Source: Chara braunii (Eukaryota; Plantae; Charophyceae). From it: a stretch of 55,876 nt of DNA. The position numbers and the translations under genes were made by a program. Positions 1 to 11,842 of this stretch are shown here, in pieces. Where the stretch lies: positions 1,031,219 to 1,087,094 of the forward strand of contig BFEA01000044.1 in NCBI GenBank assembly GCA_003427395.1, in the 5' to 3' direction. Position 1 is the stretch's first letter. Each line of letters starts with the position of its first letter. The notes under the pieces were generated by a model. That model was not told the DNA's origin. It did not search any database and saw nothing but the letters and a program-made list of their open reading frames with translations.

Positions 1-29
1 TCTCTCTCTCTCTCTCTCGTTCGGTCCGC

Positions 30-89
<60 letters not shown>
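1..89. repeat. (CT)n microsatellite, interrupted
   Basis: Directly visible. Confidence 0.95.
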
Positions 90-93
<4 letters not shown>

Positions 94-178
94 CCACCGT
101 TTTATAACCTCACATCGGTCTCCCATCGGGCATACTTCCCGCAGGCCTACCCGTCATTGTCGTCCGAGGTCGTCCTCG

Positions 179-451
179 TCGTCCCCGCCCACCCCACTCC
201 CGACGCCACCGCGCCATGGGCCATGCACGACACTGTCCTAGTCCGCACCCCGCTACCGCCTCCCTGCGGCTCCACAGCCTACACACTGCACTCCCCCCGC
301 CGTGGATGCACCCGTCCTTGCCATCCGAGATCGTCCCCGCGCACCCCACTCCCGACGCCACCGCGCCATGGACTACGCACGGTACTCTCGTAGTCCGCAC
401 CTTGCTGCCGCGCCACAGCCTACACATCGCAGTCCCCCCGTCATGGATGCA
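179..451. repeat. Imperfect ~150 bp tandem duplication
   Basis: tcgtccccgc(c/g)caccccactcccgacgccaccgcgccatgg...ccacagcctacaca...tggatgca occurs at ~179 and ~331. Confidence 0.85.
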
Positions 452-844
452 AACCAAAACACGGTCCGATAAGACCACACTCCCCGCTGGCCCGCGCGAT
501 GTGCACGCCGCGCTCGCGCGCAAAAAAAAAGAAGCGAAATGCCGCCGTCGCGTGAAAGAAAAAACCCAAACGCATGACTCGCGCGCACACTTCGGCCCCG
601 CCCCCCAATAACCGTGCGAATGGCCGCCGCACGCATAACTCACGCGCGCGCTCCGGTCCCGCCCTGCAATAGCACCCACGAAACGCCGCCGGGTTCCCTT
701 GGCGTAGTCCCGCCCCTGCCGCACTGAATTTCGCTGGGCCCAGCAGGGGGCGTCACGCTGGGCCCTTTGCATTCTTTAAGAGTATTAGGAAGATACACCA
801 AATTCAGCTATAATGACCGTACGTTGTAATCGGGGGAAGAAGGT

Positions 845-1310
845 ACTCTAGAAACATGTCATTTTTTGAGTGCGGCACCGCTCCACTTACTCTAGACGCC
901 AGGTCTGGAATCCGGGTTCTTGAGCTGTCAGTCTGCACTCACGAAAATGACATCGTGCCTCCATTACCTCAAGAAATGCACTCATGAAAGTGCTTTTCTT
1001 GAGTTGTCAGAGCCTCCTCTCCCATGACACTCTTGACGGTTCAAGAGCCTGCAGCAGCGGGAATTTCAAGGGAGGCATCCAAGACCTTTGAAAGTTGAGC
1101 AATTTTTTTAGTGTGCACCTGGAGTCTGGGCGGACAACGCGTGCTGGCCGTGGTCTGACATCCAAGAGGGCTTCTCGAGTTCGACCGTCTAGAGTAAGTG
1201 GAATGATGTTCACTTTTTTAGTGATTTCTAGAGTCTGACAGCTCCAGACTCACTCTCGAAAATCTTCGAGAGTCTAGAGTAGTGGAGCGAGAGTCTAGAG
1301 TAAGTGATTG
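845..1310. mobile_element. Possible non-autonomous DNA-transposon remnant with dispersed inverted motifs
   Basis: cgctccacttactctagac (~878-896) is inverted relative to gtctagagtagtggagcg (~1272); tctagagtaagtg recurs at ~1188 and ~1295. No TSD found. Confidence 0.25.
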
Positions 1311-1821
1311 TGGTTTGAGAGGTTTCTGGAGGGTTCGGTCCCCTCACCTACAGCAAATGCCTTATGCAGTTACTTTTTTTTTTCCTTTTTCCTCACAATT
1401 CTACCCGGTAATGTAATCTTGAATTTGAGTTTGTGGCCAGACCAACCTGGCGTCACAGCAATGAACCTAAGCAACACAAAACGGTCAGACCAACCTGGTA
1501 GCAACACAAGCAAAGACAAAGGGCCAGACCAATGGCAGAGACAAACTCCAGACCACTCTTTGGGCCTCGGCCCTCTCGACCCTACCGCGGGTCCCTGGCC
1601 TATAGTAATTACCACCAAGGCATTGTGAGCCACCGAGTGACCAGGTTGGTTCAGCCTTGGAGCCTACATCCTGCTACACTATTCTACCACAGCTTCTTTG
1701 AATGCTAATACCCAGATCCCACACCCACTCGGTGTATTCCCAATGTGATGCCCCATGTAGCCCCAACTATTAACTAAACCTCTTTTATTCTAAATTAACT
1801 CGCTTTTTTCTCTACTACTAC

Positions 1822-4205
1822 TTAGCCTGATTTGAGCCATGGTGACAGCACAAGTCTCCCTGTTTGCGCAGACACTGCTACTAACCGATTCTTCTTGGCC
1901 CATGATCGCAGGAACCACAACCTTGCCTTCGATCGTTCTGGGTCGGGTTGGGACAAAACTTTCTTCCTCCAGTCTACCAGTATCATGTGCCTGACTGTGG
2001 CTTTCATCCCTACTTTCAGTGCTGTGTCTGAAAATTACTTTTTCTCAAACAGTACTGAGTTCCTCTTTTTCCATATCCACCAAATTGCCACCACACGAAT
2101 TGACACTGCAACATATCCCCAACCTTTCCCATTAGACAGAGAGGGTGGTAATTTGCCCGTTATTGCCCATACTAGATCCCATTCCACTTCCTCTGGACCA
2201 CCCCAAGCTTTCCAATGATGGGCCTACCACTTCCAAATACGGAAGGAGAGAGGGCACGTGCCCCAAAGATGTGAGCGATCCTCTGGCACTAGGTGACATC
2301 TAACACAGCGTATGTCTACTTCCATGCCACGGGTGAACAGGGAAACGACATCTAGTGGGGCCGAGTGGACTATCAACCACAATACCGAAGAGCATTTCCT
2401 GCTTGGTATCCTCCTGCAGAGCTTCCACATTCCTTTGTAGTATTCCACTGACAGAGCCGATCCCGTGCTTGCGTGGGGGTGTACTGTCTTAATAGCGTCA
2501 TTCCCAGCCCGAAACTGTATCGGCCCAGCCCAGGTTTGCCGCTCATCTTTGACCAACCATATAACTCAGGGTCCAGTCTCATATCCCGGATCGCTGTGCC
2601 GTCCATGTACAGTACAAGTTGGGTTGCACCTCCTGTTGAGAACTGCATGTCGACGCTTACTTCCTCAATTAGGTTGGGGCTGCCCACCTCTCGTTCCTCC
2701 TTGAATGTCAATAGCTTCCCCTGTGTCCCTTCCTTAGACTGCCTCTCCCACACTTCAACTTTATCTTGGGTGACCTGCCTCAGTATTTGCAGGTCTCCGC
2801 CAACAGTGAGTGCAGGACGGTACCACCGGCCTATTGAAGGTGGGTCTTTTAGGATTTGCTTCCAGTCCTCAGGGATTGCTTGAATCAATTCTTCTCTTCT
2901 TGCCTCAATATACCACAGTCTACCTAACTTGCTTTTCCACCTCTTCGCAAGTTCATCCCACAGATCCTCAATGCGCAACACCCCTCTCTCCACCCATGCT
3001 CTTCCAAAACTCCCTCGCCCTGCAATCATAAAGACTGTTCTGTCTTCCTTCTTTATCCATTGATTCTCGAAAAGGGGCTGCCGCAAATTCTCATCCTTCG
3101 TTTGTGGTTCTCTTACAACATCTGGCGCAAGTGTCTTCCATGCTTGGATTACACCTTGCCAAAAGGGGGATTTCAACCTCCTCCGCTGAAAGGATGGGAG
3201 CATTAGTGCAATCCACACATCTTCCCCTCTGCACAAACCCCAGTCCCTAGCCAGGATGTACTCCGCTAGGGCGACCCAGCTGCGGTCCTCTGTGTCCAGG
3301 ATCGCTCTTACCGACCATTTCCCGAGAAGTGCTTTATTCTAGCGAGTCGGGTCCAACACAGCGAGTCCTCCCTCTTCTTTGGTCGTTGTGATCTTCTCCC
3401 ACGACAGCTTAGACATGTGGCCCTTGTTCTCGTCAGCATCTGGTTTCCAGATATACCTTGATGCCGCTGTCCTGATCTCTTGCGCGGGTTTTTTCCCCAA
3501 AGGTCTGACAACTTCTGCATACCAGAGTTGCGAGAACACCGCCGCGTTTACTATCAGAGCTCTCCCGAACAGGGATAGGCCGTAGATAGTCTTTCATTTC
3601 TGTAGTCGCTGTTCCACCCTGCCCAGTAGGATCCTGTCTTGAGCCTCTGCACAGTTTTGCAACGAAACTTGTACACCCAAAAATCTTTCGGACGAGTCAG
3701 CGGGAATTTTTTTCATTCCAAAGTCCACCCCGATCTCGAACTGTTCAGGCAAGAAATACACTGATTTTGACCAATTAACTTGAGCCTCGCTAAGTGCGCA
3801 GTATTCCGCTTGTGTGTCTTTGACCGCCCTGAGTGAATCTGCGGTGTTTTTGGACACAATTGTGAGGTCGTCTACAAGTGCACTACCTTTGAACTGCAGG
3901 TGACCCCGAGTCCGCAGCCCAACTACATAGGGATTACATCTCACATTGTTGAGTAGGACATCCATCTGCAGTACAAAAAGCAATGGCGCCAGTGGGCACC
4001 CTTGACGCAGCGAACGGGTCAGAGGGAAAGGTGGTGAGATCCGGCAATTAATCATTACCGACGCTGTGGCATGGAAGTACATAGCTTTGACCCACTCACA
4101 GAAGTTAGGCCCAATATGCATGTGTCGTAGGGTTGTTAAGACAAAGGGCCAACTAACTCTGTCGTAGGCTTTCTCCAGATCAAGCAGAAGAACTGTCATG
4201 TTCAG
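1822..4205 (-). pseudogene. LINE ORF2 3' half: RT core (LDLEKAYDRV, LRQGCPLAPLLF, LVDD, FLGV) and C-terminal Cys/His motif; frameshifts and stops
   Basis: ORFs 3594-4379, 3339-3539, 2373-3236, 2224-2556 (CVRC...SHLWGTC), 1822-2007. Confidence 0.9.
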
Positions 4206-4208
4206 TAA

Positions 4209-6565
4209 CATATTAGGTCGATGGTGGAGAAGTGTATTGAGGATGGAATCTTTCCGGAGGGGCTTGATCATGGCACCTGTGTAGTTGAGGGCCAGACCGC
4301 TACGATCAAACTGAATCCCAAAATTGACGATGTCGTGGTTAGATGGCTGAAGGAAAGGACGGTGGTGGTCATATTTCAAACCGAGTCAAAAGCTTTACCT
4401 AATAAAATTAAAGAGATGTCGATTCGTATCTATGAGGACAATTGGTGTACGAACCCCGTAGTGAATCCGTCATTGAAGAGAGGGAGAGTTGAGTATGCGG
4501 GGACAAATGTCTTTTCCTACGTAGCGACTTCGAAGGAAATCGTTGACTTTATGGTCGGCAAAGGTACGGATTCAATTGTGTTCAAAGACCCCAACACCCC
4601 TGGTAGTCCAGATACTCGCTACTCTGTCCAGTTCCGATAATGGGCGGCCAAAAAGGAACTGGATGAACGCAGAGCCCAAGAGGCCGCAGGGAAATTCTGG
4701 GTCATGGCCATCAGAGTCTCTCTGAGGACTGTCTTCCAAATGTATCCTCCACAAAAGGATAACCACTTTCCACGCTTAATGAATGTTATAATGGATTTAG
4801 CACCGGAGGCTAGACAAACGTGGAAAGAAAAGTTGGAATTCGAAAAGGATGGGGAAGAGTTTAAGCTGGAATTTGTCTCGCAGGCAACGGAGTGGTGCAA
4901 GAAATGTAAGTGGTTTTACCATACGGAAGACAGTACGGCATGTCCCCACCACCCTGGTCACTACGCTGCACAGGGGACTCCCTCGGCGGCAAATCCAGGC
5001 CCATCGCAGAGACAGAAAAGTCAACAATATGCAGGCCCCCCTCGGTCCACAAGCTATCCCCCAGCTTAGGCTACTCAGCCATCCACGTCACAGCCGATTC
5101 GTCCGATCGGACCCCCGCCTCTACAACTGGCGGACAACTTTTCTCCCTCATATCCCAGTTTTCACGGTCCCTCCCCATCTCCCGCCACACTCCATCAACC
5201 GCAAGCACAACACCAAGCACCACCGCCATTCTTCTCTAGAGGTTACAATGGAGGTTACAATGGATCAACCTCCTTCACATTTCCAGGCTTTGGGTTCCAA
5301 ATGGGACCAGGTTTATTTAACGAAAATTTCCCATGTCAGGCCCGATTTTGGGAACAGGTTCACCATCATTCACTGGGACTCGGAACAATCCGGTTTTCGA
5401 ACCAGAACCCCTACCACCCGGGGTCTCGTCTTACCCAACGGGGGGCGGGCCATCATCATCAACCTCCGTCGGGAGGGCGAGCATGTCCTCTACGAAAGGA
5501 CAACCGATGGAGAACACAGGAGGGGTAAACGGGAAGACCCAGAACCCAGTAGAGCACCACCCAACTCACCCATCTCCATCCCCAGCTCCACATGAGAAGA
5601 CGGGAACCCAGGATACAGCTGAGGGTAGGAACAAGGGACCGGCAAATCAGGGAGGAGGTGAAACTTCAGGGGAGTTATCAGGGCAGAATGCACAAGATAC
5701 AGGGAACGTAGAGGCATGAAGCGAGGGAGAAGGCTCCCCTGCGAATCTGGCCATGAGGGGTAGCAAGTGTCCAATCAAACAGCGTCGTACCCAAGTGGAA
5801 GAGCTGGGGGAAGAAAAATCCTCCAGATTTTTTGGCTACTCGGAAGGAGAATCTTCGGCCTCCTCTGTTCTGCCAGCTTCTGACCTTCTCTGGCAGCTAA
5901 ACAAGGAACAGGAAAGAGAACCCAACATGAACACTCAAACTGGAATGCCCTCAATGCCGAAAGGAGCAGCTACATCTCTGAAGCGTATGGTACCAATTAT
6001 CTGCATCCCACACTCACAGGGAGTGTTGGTGCTATGCTTCGACTCAGGCAATAGATGCCTGACAATGGCATCCTTTCCTACGGAACTGCCTCCAAGCAAC
6101 GAGGTAACACTGAATTGCGTCCAGAACCTATTAAATAATAGGTTTTCATGCCGAGTGGTCCCGAATATCACAATGGGAAGGGTTGTTCGTCAAGTAGCAG
6201 GGGGTATATGCCATCGTCTATATGAACCTTCTGTGGATCTGTGCATCCCCCCGGATGCATTTCCTGTCTTAGAACAAGAGGGGGTGGTGTGGGTCCCAGG
6301 CAGATGGTTTGACAGGGCCGATAATCCAAACCTGGATAGTATTCATCTGGAAGATGGCCTAGCGGTCGACTTCATAGCGGACTGCAACCAGAAACTGAGA
6401 GGAAGGAACCTGCCATCCCTTTTCTTCCAAGACAGCTTGACCTCTCCTTGGTCTATATCCCAAGCTCCCGCAGATGCCAGAAGAAGGAAAACCTCAGCTG
6501 CCAGAGCGGAATCGGGCAACTCCGGTCGCATCCATAAACGTTCAAACCGGACATCGCCAACATGA
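4209..6565 (+). pseudogene. LINE ORF1 (5'-truncated, decayed): RRM/DUF4283-like region, zinc-knuckle-like WCKKCKWFYH...C, Pro/Ser/Gly-rich linker, extra C-terminal globular domain
   Basis: ORFs 4221-4640, 4704-5069, 5333-5719 and 5753-6565 lie immediately upstream of the endonuclease ATG. Confidence 0.7.
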
Positions 6566-8253
6566 ATTCAATATTGGTGGCCACATGGGATGTGAGGGGG
6601 CTAGGGGATAGAAATGGTAGGGAGAAACGCAGTCATCTTAAAACTTGGATACACAAACAGAAAGCACAAATTATACGTTTACAAGAAACCAAGTTAGACT
6701 GATGAATGTTTTGATAATTGGGGCCGATGGGTATGGGTGAAAGGAGTGATTGCAGAGGAATCTTGGGCGGTTATGTGTGTGTACGCCCCGTCCGAGAGGC
6801 CGGAGCGACTGCGGTTTTTGGCAGAACTTGCAGACGTAATCCCTGATGTAGATAATTTAATTATAGCGGGGGATTGGAATGTGATTCTCAACCCAGGAAT
6901 CGACACAGTGAAGGTGGGACCAGTCCGTACAGATGCAAAAATTTTAATATCATTACTGGAAAGATTGGGCCTTATTGATGCATACCGTGTAACACATCCC
7001 AACGAGCACGGTTTCACCTGGCACCCGGCGAGCAGAGGACGGGTGACTCCGGGCCAAGTGCAGATCCCCACAAGCAGCCAGCGCAGAATTGATATGTTTT
7101 TTGTAAGAGTTGCTGTTTGGGAATCCATGTTGTCAGTAGACCCAGTGGTAGACTCCATGTCAGACCACTATCCGATCCTCGCTCGCGTTGCACCAAGCTC
7201 GTGCATCGATAGGGAACGCGGCTATTTTAGACTGAACACAGATAACTTAAATGACCCAAGTTTCACTCAATGGGTGCAACACCAGAATGAGGCATGGGAA
7301 GTTACAAAGGATTTATTCTCATCAAGGGGGGAGTGGCTCGCCACCGGTCTGAAAATTATCTCCAAAGGATTGTCTGTTCTGTCTATAATCAAAGCATACC
7401 AGAAGAATGAGGAAGAACGGACGTGTAGACAGAGGATTGAAGAAGCAGAGGCTGAATTGGGGAAACATTTGATCTCATACGTGTTTTGGTCCAGAGAATG
7501 AGTTCGATGGTTGCTCAAGTGGGATGAGATACAGATAACGAAACAGAAAGTTTGGCTAGAACGGTGCAAGGTGCTAGGAATGGAAAAGCTAGATTATATG
7601 TCTAAGGAAACATTTGCCTTAGTGAACAGACAGACTACGCAGCACCGAATAATGAAAGAACTAGCTCATCTGTTTGATCCGAATCTGCGTACGACCTCGG
7701 AGACAATGGGGATGTGTGACTACGCTATCACATATTTTCGGGATAATTTAACGTCACGCAGACCACCGGAGGAGGCATATTTGGATCTTACTAGGACATC
7801 AACCTTCTGGGCACATACCACAATTCACATCACAAGGGAAGGCAAATTGGCCTTGGACAGACCGATCACCAAGGAAGAGTTAACACATGCTGCCAAACAG
7901 ATGGCGAAAGGGAAAGCTCTCGGAGAAGATGGGCTTCCCATTGATTTTTTTTTAAATTTTGGTCCCTATATTGTGAAGATTTAGTGCATATCTACAATGA
8001 GACAATAACTAGAACAAAACTCCCCTCCAGCATGACCAAAGGGATTAAAACATTGTTGTATAAGAAAGGTGAAAAGAGTAACATCCGTAATTGGCATCCG
8101 ATATCCCTGCTAAACACTGTGTATAAGCTATTAGCGAAATCATTAGCCATCGGATTGGCAGGGTATCTACCGAACTTGGTGGGGGCAGACCAGGGGGCGT
8201 TTGTACGAGGAAGGTCAATTTTGGATAACATAGTTACCATAATAGAGTCAATG
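6562..8253 (+). pseudogene. LINE ORF2 5' half: APE endonuclease and start of RT
   Basis: ATG 6562 reads MNSILVATWDVRGLG, followed by LQET, VYAP, IIAGDWN, RIDMFF, SDHYP (APE motifs), then KALGEDGLP and NWHPISLLNTVYKLLAK (RT N-terminal motifs). Internal stops present. Confidence 0.92.
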
Positions 8254-8484
8254 GTCGGAGGAGGATGCCATCATTCTCAGTAGACCACTCAGCACCCTGC
8301 GCGACCCACAACCTAGTTCTGACTTCCTAGCAATGAGAGGCTCAAGTAACTAAGTCAGACCAATGCATTCAGCCAGACAGTGCAGAAAAACAGGGGGGGG
8401 GGGGGAAGAAGATTGTACCCTCGCTCTTCCCGAACATCTTGTGCTATGTCACGGCAGCGGCTGGATCTATCCTCTGCAGTCTTC

Positions 8485-8850
8485 TCACGATCGTTATTTA
8501 CCGTTTGTATCTCCTGTCATCCATAGTAGAGGTATCTCCCTTCCTTGCTTTGGAGATTGATCCATCTCCCCGCCTGAGGTCTTCCACTTCGACGCCTACG
8601 CGCCTTGGAGCAGTAGGAAGATTCTTCTAAGCGTCAACGTCCGAAGTCTTGATATCTCACCCGTGGTGACAAAACCTTTCTCATGATCGTTATTCACCAT
8701 TTATATCTCTCATGTCATCCATACCGCTTGAAGTTCTCCGCTTCGACGCCTACGCAACTTGGAGCAGTAGAAACACTCTTCCAAAGCGTCCATGTCCGAG
8801 GTCTTGCTACCTCACCCGTGATGACTACACCTTCATGACCGCTGAGCATC
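8485..8850. repeat. Imperfect tandem duplication (~155-195 bp unit)
   Basis: tcaYgatcgttatt...tgtcatccata and cttcgacgcctacgc...ttggagcagtag...tcacccgtg each occur twice. Confidence 0.8.
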
Positions 8851-9429
8851 GCGATCCTGACCTCTCCCTCATACCTATTCTTCGGTATGTTAGGCTCTTC
8901 GATGGGTGCTGAGGCGCTCATCAGTTCGCATAATTTCATATAGATTTCGTCGCATCCTGGGGACTCCTTGTCGGCCCCTATACCTCCCAAGCGCCTGGCT
9001 ATGGTTGGCGTCAACACTTAGATTCAAGGTGGTGGCCGTCTCCCTTCCCTACTGCGTTTGCAGGAAAGTGACGAAAGAGCGCCCACGAAAAACTACTACC
9101 GGCGACGCGTTACGAAGTGCTACCGAGCGCCCGTCGACACGCCCCTATGCAGTTACTCTTGCCCTCCTTTGTCAAAGAGAATTTTTGTCAGAACAACCGA
9201 GCAACGTGCACTGTGGCCCATTTCAAGGAAGCCTCAGAATATTGTCAACGAATATGGTCCATGTGCCGGCTCACATGCAGTCGTCTTGACCACCACAACC
9301 ATGGTCAGTGAATCATGCCTTGACATCTGACACCCCGGCTGGAGCAGACACCATCTGTGAGAAGAGCACTTTCTTTTCGTTTTTAGAATTTTTTTCTTCA
9401 CTTGTTTCGTCATGAAACGGTTTCTTGCA

Positions 9430-11430
9430 TTTAGGTCTGGACCCCATAGAATAAAATCGTGGAAAAGTCCTGGAAAAGATGACCTGGAAAAACTTTTCCG
9501 GGAGTACATCGGAAGAAAATGGCCATCTGGAAACTCGATTGTGGGAGGTTCCGTCTGTTTTTGGAGACCCCACCGCGTCGGAAAGGTTGTCCGAAAAAGT
9601 AAAGTTCTGTGTTTTCACTTTCGTATCGTGGTGTCGTGGCGGCAAGCGAGCATCTTGCGCCGGAATTTTGTGCCATTTCGAGAGGGTAGGGGGGGGGGGC
9701 ATCTCTCTCTTGGAAAGTGCTTCTGGAAAGTGCTGGTCCAACCGTGGTCCGAGCCTGCACGTCCCGTGGTCCTTCCGGTCGGTAGACGGACGTTCTGTTG
9801 TCACCCACAAACGACCGGACACCCACGAAGTGCTCTGTCGAAGCAGGGCCGGACATCCATGACCACCGCGCGGTCCATTTGCAGTTTCCAGACTTTCCAA
9901 GCTCCTGGAAACTGCGTTTTCCAGCCTCTCCTGTGGGGTCCCGCCTTTCCGCAGGCGAACTTTTCCAGCCGGGTTTCCATGGAAACCCGAAGTTGGAAAC
10001 ATTTCTGGGGTTTTTCCTGTGGGGTCCAGGCCTTATTTTCCCTGTTTCACGCTGCCGCCCACCTGTGCCCCGCCACCCCCCCACCGTCACACTAAGGCTT
10101 GGACCCCACAGGTTTCCGCCTGGAAAAGCAGTTTTCCCTTGGAAAACGGGCGAACGATTTCGGAAACCTTGGAAATGCTTTTTCCGGGAACCCATNNNNN
10201 NNNNNNNNNNNNNNNNNNNNNNNNNNNNNNNNNNNNNNNNNNNNNNNNNNNNNNNNNNNNNNNNNNNNNNNNNNNNNNNNNNNNNNNNNNNNNNNNNNNN
10301 NNNNNNNNNNNNNNNNNNNNNNNNNNNNNNNNNNNNNNNNNNNNNNNNNNNNNNNNNNNNNNNNNNNNNNNNNNNNNNNNNNNNNNNNNNNNNNNNNNNN
10401 NNNNNNNNNNNNNNNNNNNNNNNNNNNNNNNNNNNNNNNNNNNNNNNNNNNNNNNNNNNNNNNNNNNNNNNNNNNNNNNNNNNNNNNNNNNNNNNNNNNN
10501 NNNNNNNNNNNNNNNNNNNNNNNNNNNNNNNNNNNNNNNNNNNNNNNNNNNNNNNNNNNNNNNNNNNNNNNNNNNNNNNNNNNNNNNNNNNNNNNNNNNN
10601 NNNNNNNNNNNNNNNNNNNNNNNNNNNNNNNNNNNNNNNNNNNNNNNNNNNNNNNNNNNNNNNNNNNNNNNNNNNNNNNNNNNNNNNNNNNNNNNNNNNN
10701 NNNNNNNNNNNNNNNNNNNNNNNNNNNNNNNNNNNNNNNNNNNNNNNNNNNNNNNNNNNNNNNNNNNNNNNNNNNNNNNNNNNNNNNNNNNNNNNNNNNN
10801 NNNNNNNNNNNNNNNNNNNNNNNNNNNNNNNNNNNNNNNNNNNNNNNNNNNNNNNNNNNNNNNNNNNNNNNNNNNNNNNNNNNNNNNNNNNNNNNNNNNN
10901 NNNNNNNNNNNNNNNNNNNNNNNNNNNNNNNNNNNNNNNNNNNNNNNNNNNNNNNNNNNNNNNNNNNNNNNNNNNNNNNNNNNNNNNNNNNNNNNNNNNN
11001 NNNNNNNNNNNNNNNNNNNNNNNNNNNNNNNNNNNNNNNNNNNNNNNNNNNNNNNNNNNNNNNNNNNNNNNNNNNNNNNNNNNNNNNNNNNNNNNNNNNN
11101 NNNNNNNNNNNNNNNNNNNNNNNNNNNNNNNNNNNNNNNNNNNNNNNNNNNNNNNGTGCTACCCAATGCAGCGTGGATGCCACGCAATGCCACCCACGAC
11201 CTGTCAGCGGCCACCCCGCAGGTCCACCACGGCCTACCCGGGCTTCGACGGCGGACAAAACAGCCAAACTGGTCCGAAAGTCTGGAAGAACTCTTCCAAA
11301 AGTCTGGAAAAGAGGCACTTCGGCGGGGTCCCGTCTTTTCTTTTCCAAAACCTTCCAGGACTTCCGCGTCGCTTTACCAGGGAAACTGCCTTTTCCAGAC
11401 TTTGGGTGGGGTCCACCTCTAATCCAAATC
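9430..11430. mobile_element. Possible DNA-transposon remnant rich in subterminal-type motifs (spans gap 10196-11155)
   Basis: Dense GGAAAA/TTTTCC and GGGGTCC/GGACCCC motifs in both orientations on both sides of the gap; no coding signal. Confidence 0.25.
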
Positions 11431-11466
11431 TGAGTTCGAACCCAGACAAATTACGAGTGTGAATCA

Positions 11467-11590
11467 GGGCCTCGCTGCACCACTCTCGAAATGTGCAAAA
11501 CGAGAGTGAATCTTCTGCTAGAATATGGAAAGATACACACCACCCTGAATTTTGTTTTTTCTGCATTTCGAGAGTAGTGCAGCGAGGCCC
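11467..11590. mobile_element. Tourist/PIF-Harbinger-like MITE (124 bp)
   Basis: 27-bp TIR gggcctcgctgcac(c/t)actctcgaaatg with one mismatch; 3-bp TSD TCA (11464-66, 11591-93). Confidence 0.8.
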
Positions 11591-11800
11591 TCAATTAATG
11601 TTGAATTACCTGGGAACGGTCACTTGGATGATTGACATCTCAAGGGTGTTGCCCTTCTAGAAGGAGGGGGGGAGAGGGGGGGTTTCGAAATGCAATTCTG
11701 AAGTTTGAGTTAAAAACAAAAAGAAGAAGAAGAAAAAGGAAAGAGAAGAAAGAAAACAAAGGAAGGAAAGAAAGAGGGGAGGGGGAAAAAAGGAGCGCAC

Positions 11801-11842
11801 GTAAATTCGCCGATGTAAATTCGCGGATGTAAATTCGCCGAT
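11801..11842. repeat. 14-bp tandem repeat x3 (gtaaattcgcSgat)
   Basis: Directly visible. Confidence 0.9.

Larger units (their letters stand above)
1..793 (-). mobile_element. Probable Helitron 5' portion (runs off window start)
   Basis: Minus strand reads A|TCTTCCTAATACTCTTAAAG from 793, a TC-start Helitron-like terminus after an A. It is followed by a GC-rich GGGCCC-containing block and then (GA)n, the same layout as the Helitron at 35144. The 3' end is not in the window. Confidence 0.45.
1374..8253 (-). mobile_element. L1-clade LINE with 5' inversion (twin-priming-type structure), decayed
   Basis: Poly(T) at 1374-1390 is the minus-strand tail. The ORF2 3' half is on - (to ~4205); ORF1 and the ORF2 5' half are on + (4209-8253). 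The + half stops at RT ...QGAFVRGRSILDNIVTIIESM and the - half starts at LNMTVLLLDLEKAYDRV, the next RT motif. Confidence 0.8.

Noticed and set aside
110-772. 220-aa minus-strand ORF and overlapping ORFs
   Set aside because: GC-rich repetitive sequence open in several frames; no recognisable motif.
11425-11450. tRNA or tRNA-SINE suggested by B-box-like GAGTTCGAACCC (also GGTTCGAA near 12191)
   Set aside because: No A box at proper spacing and no cloverleaf.
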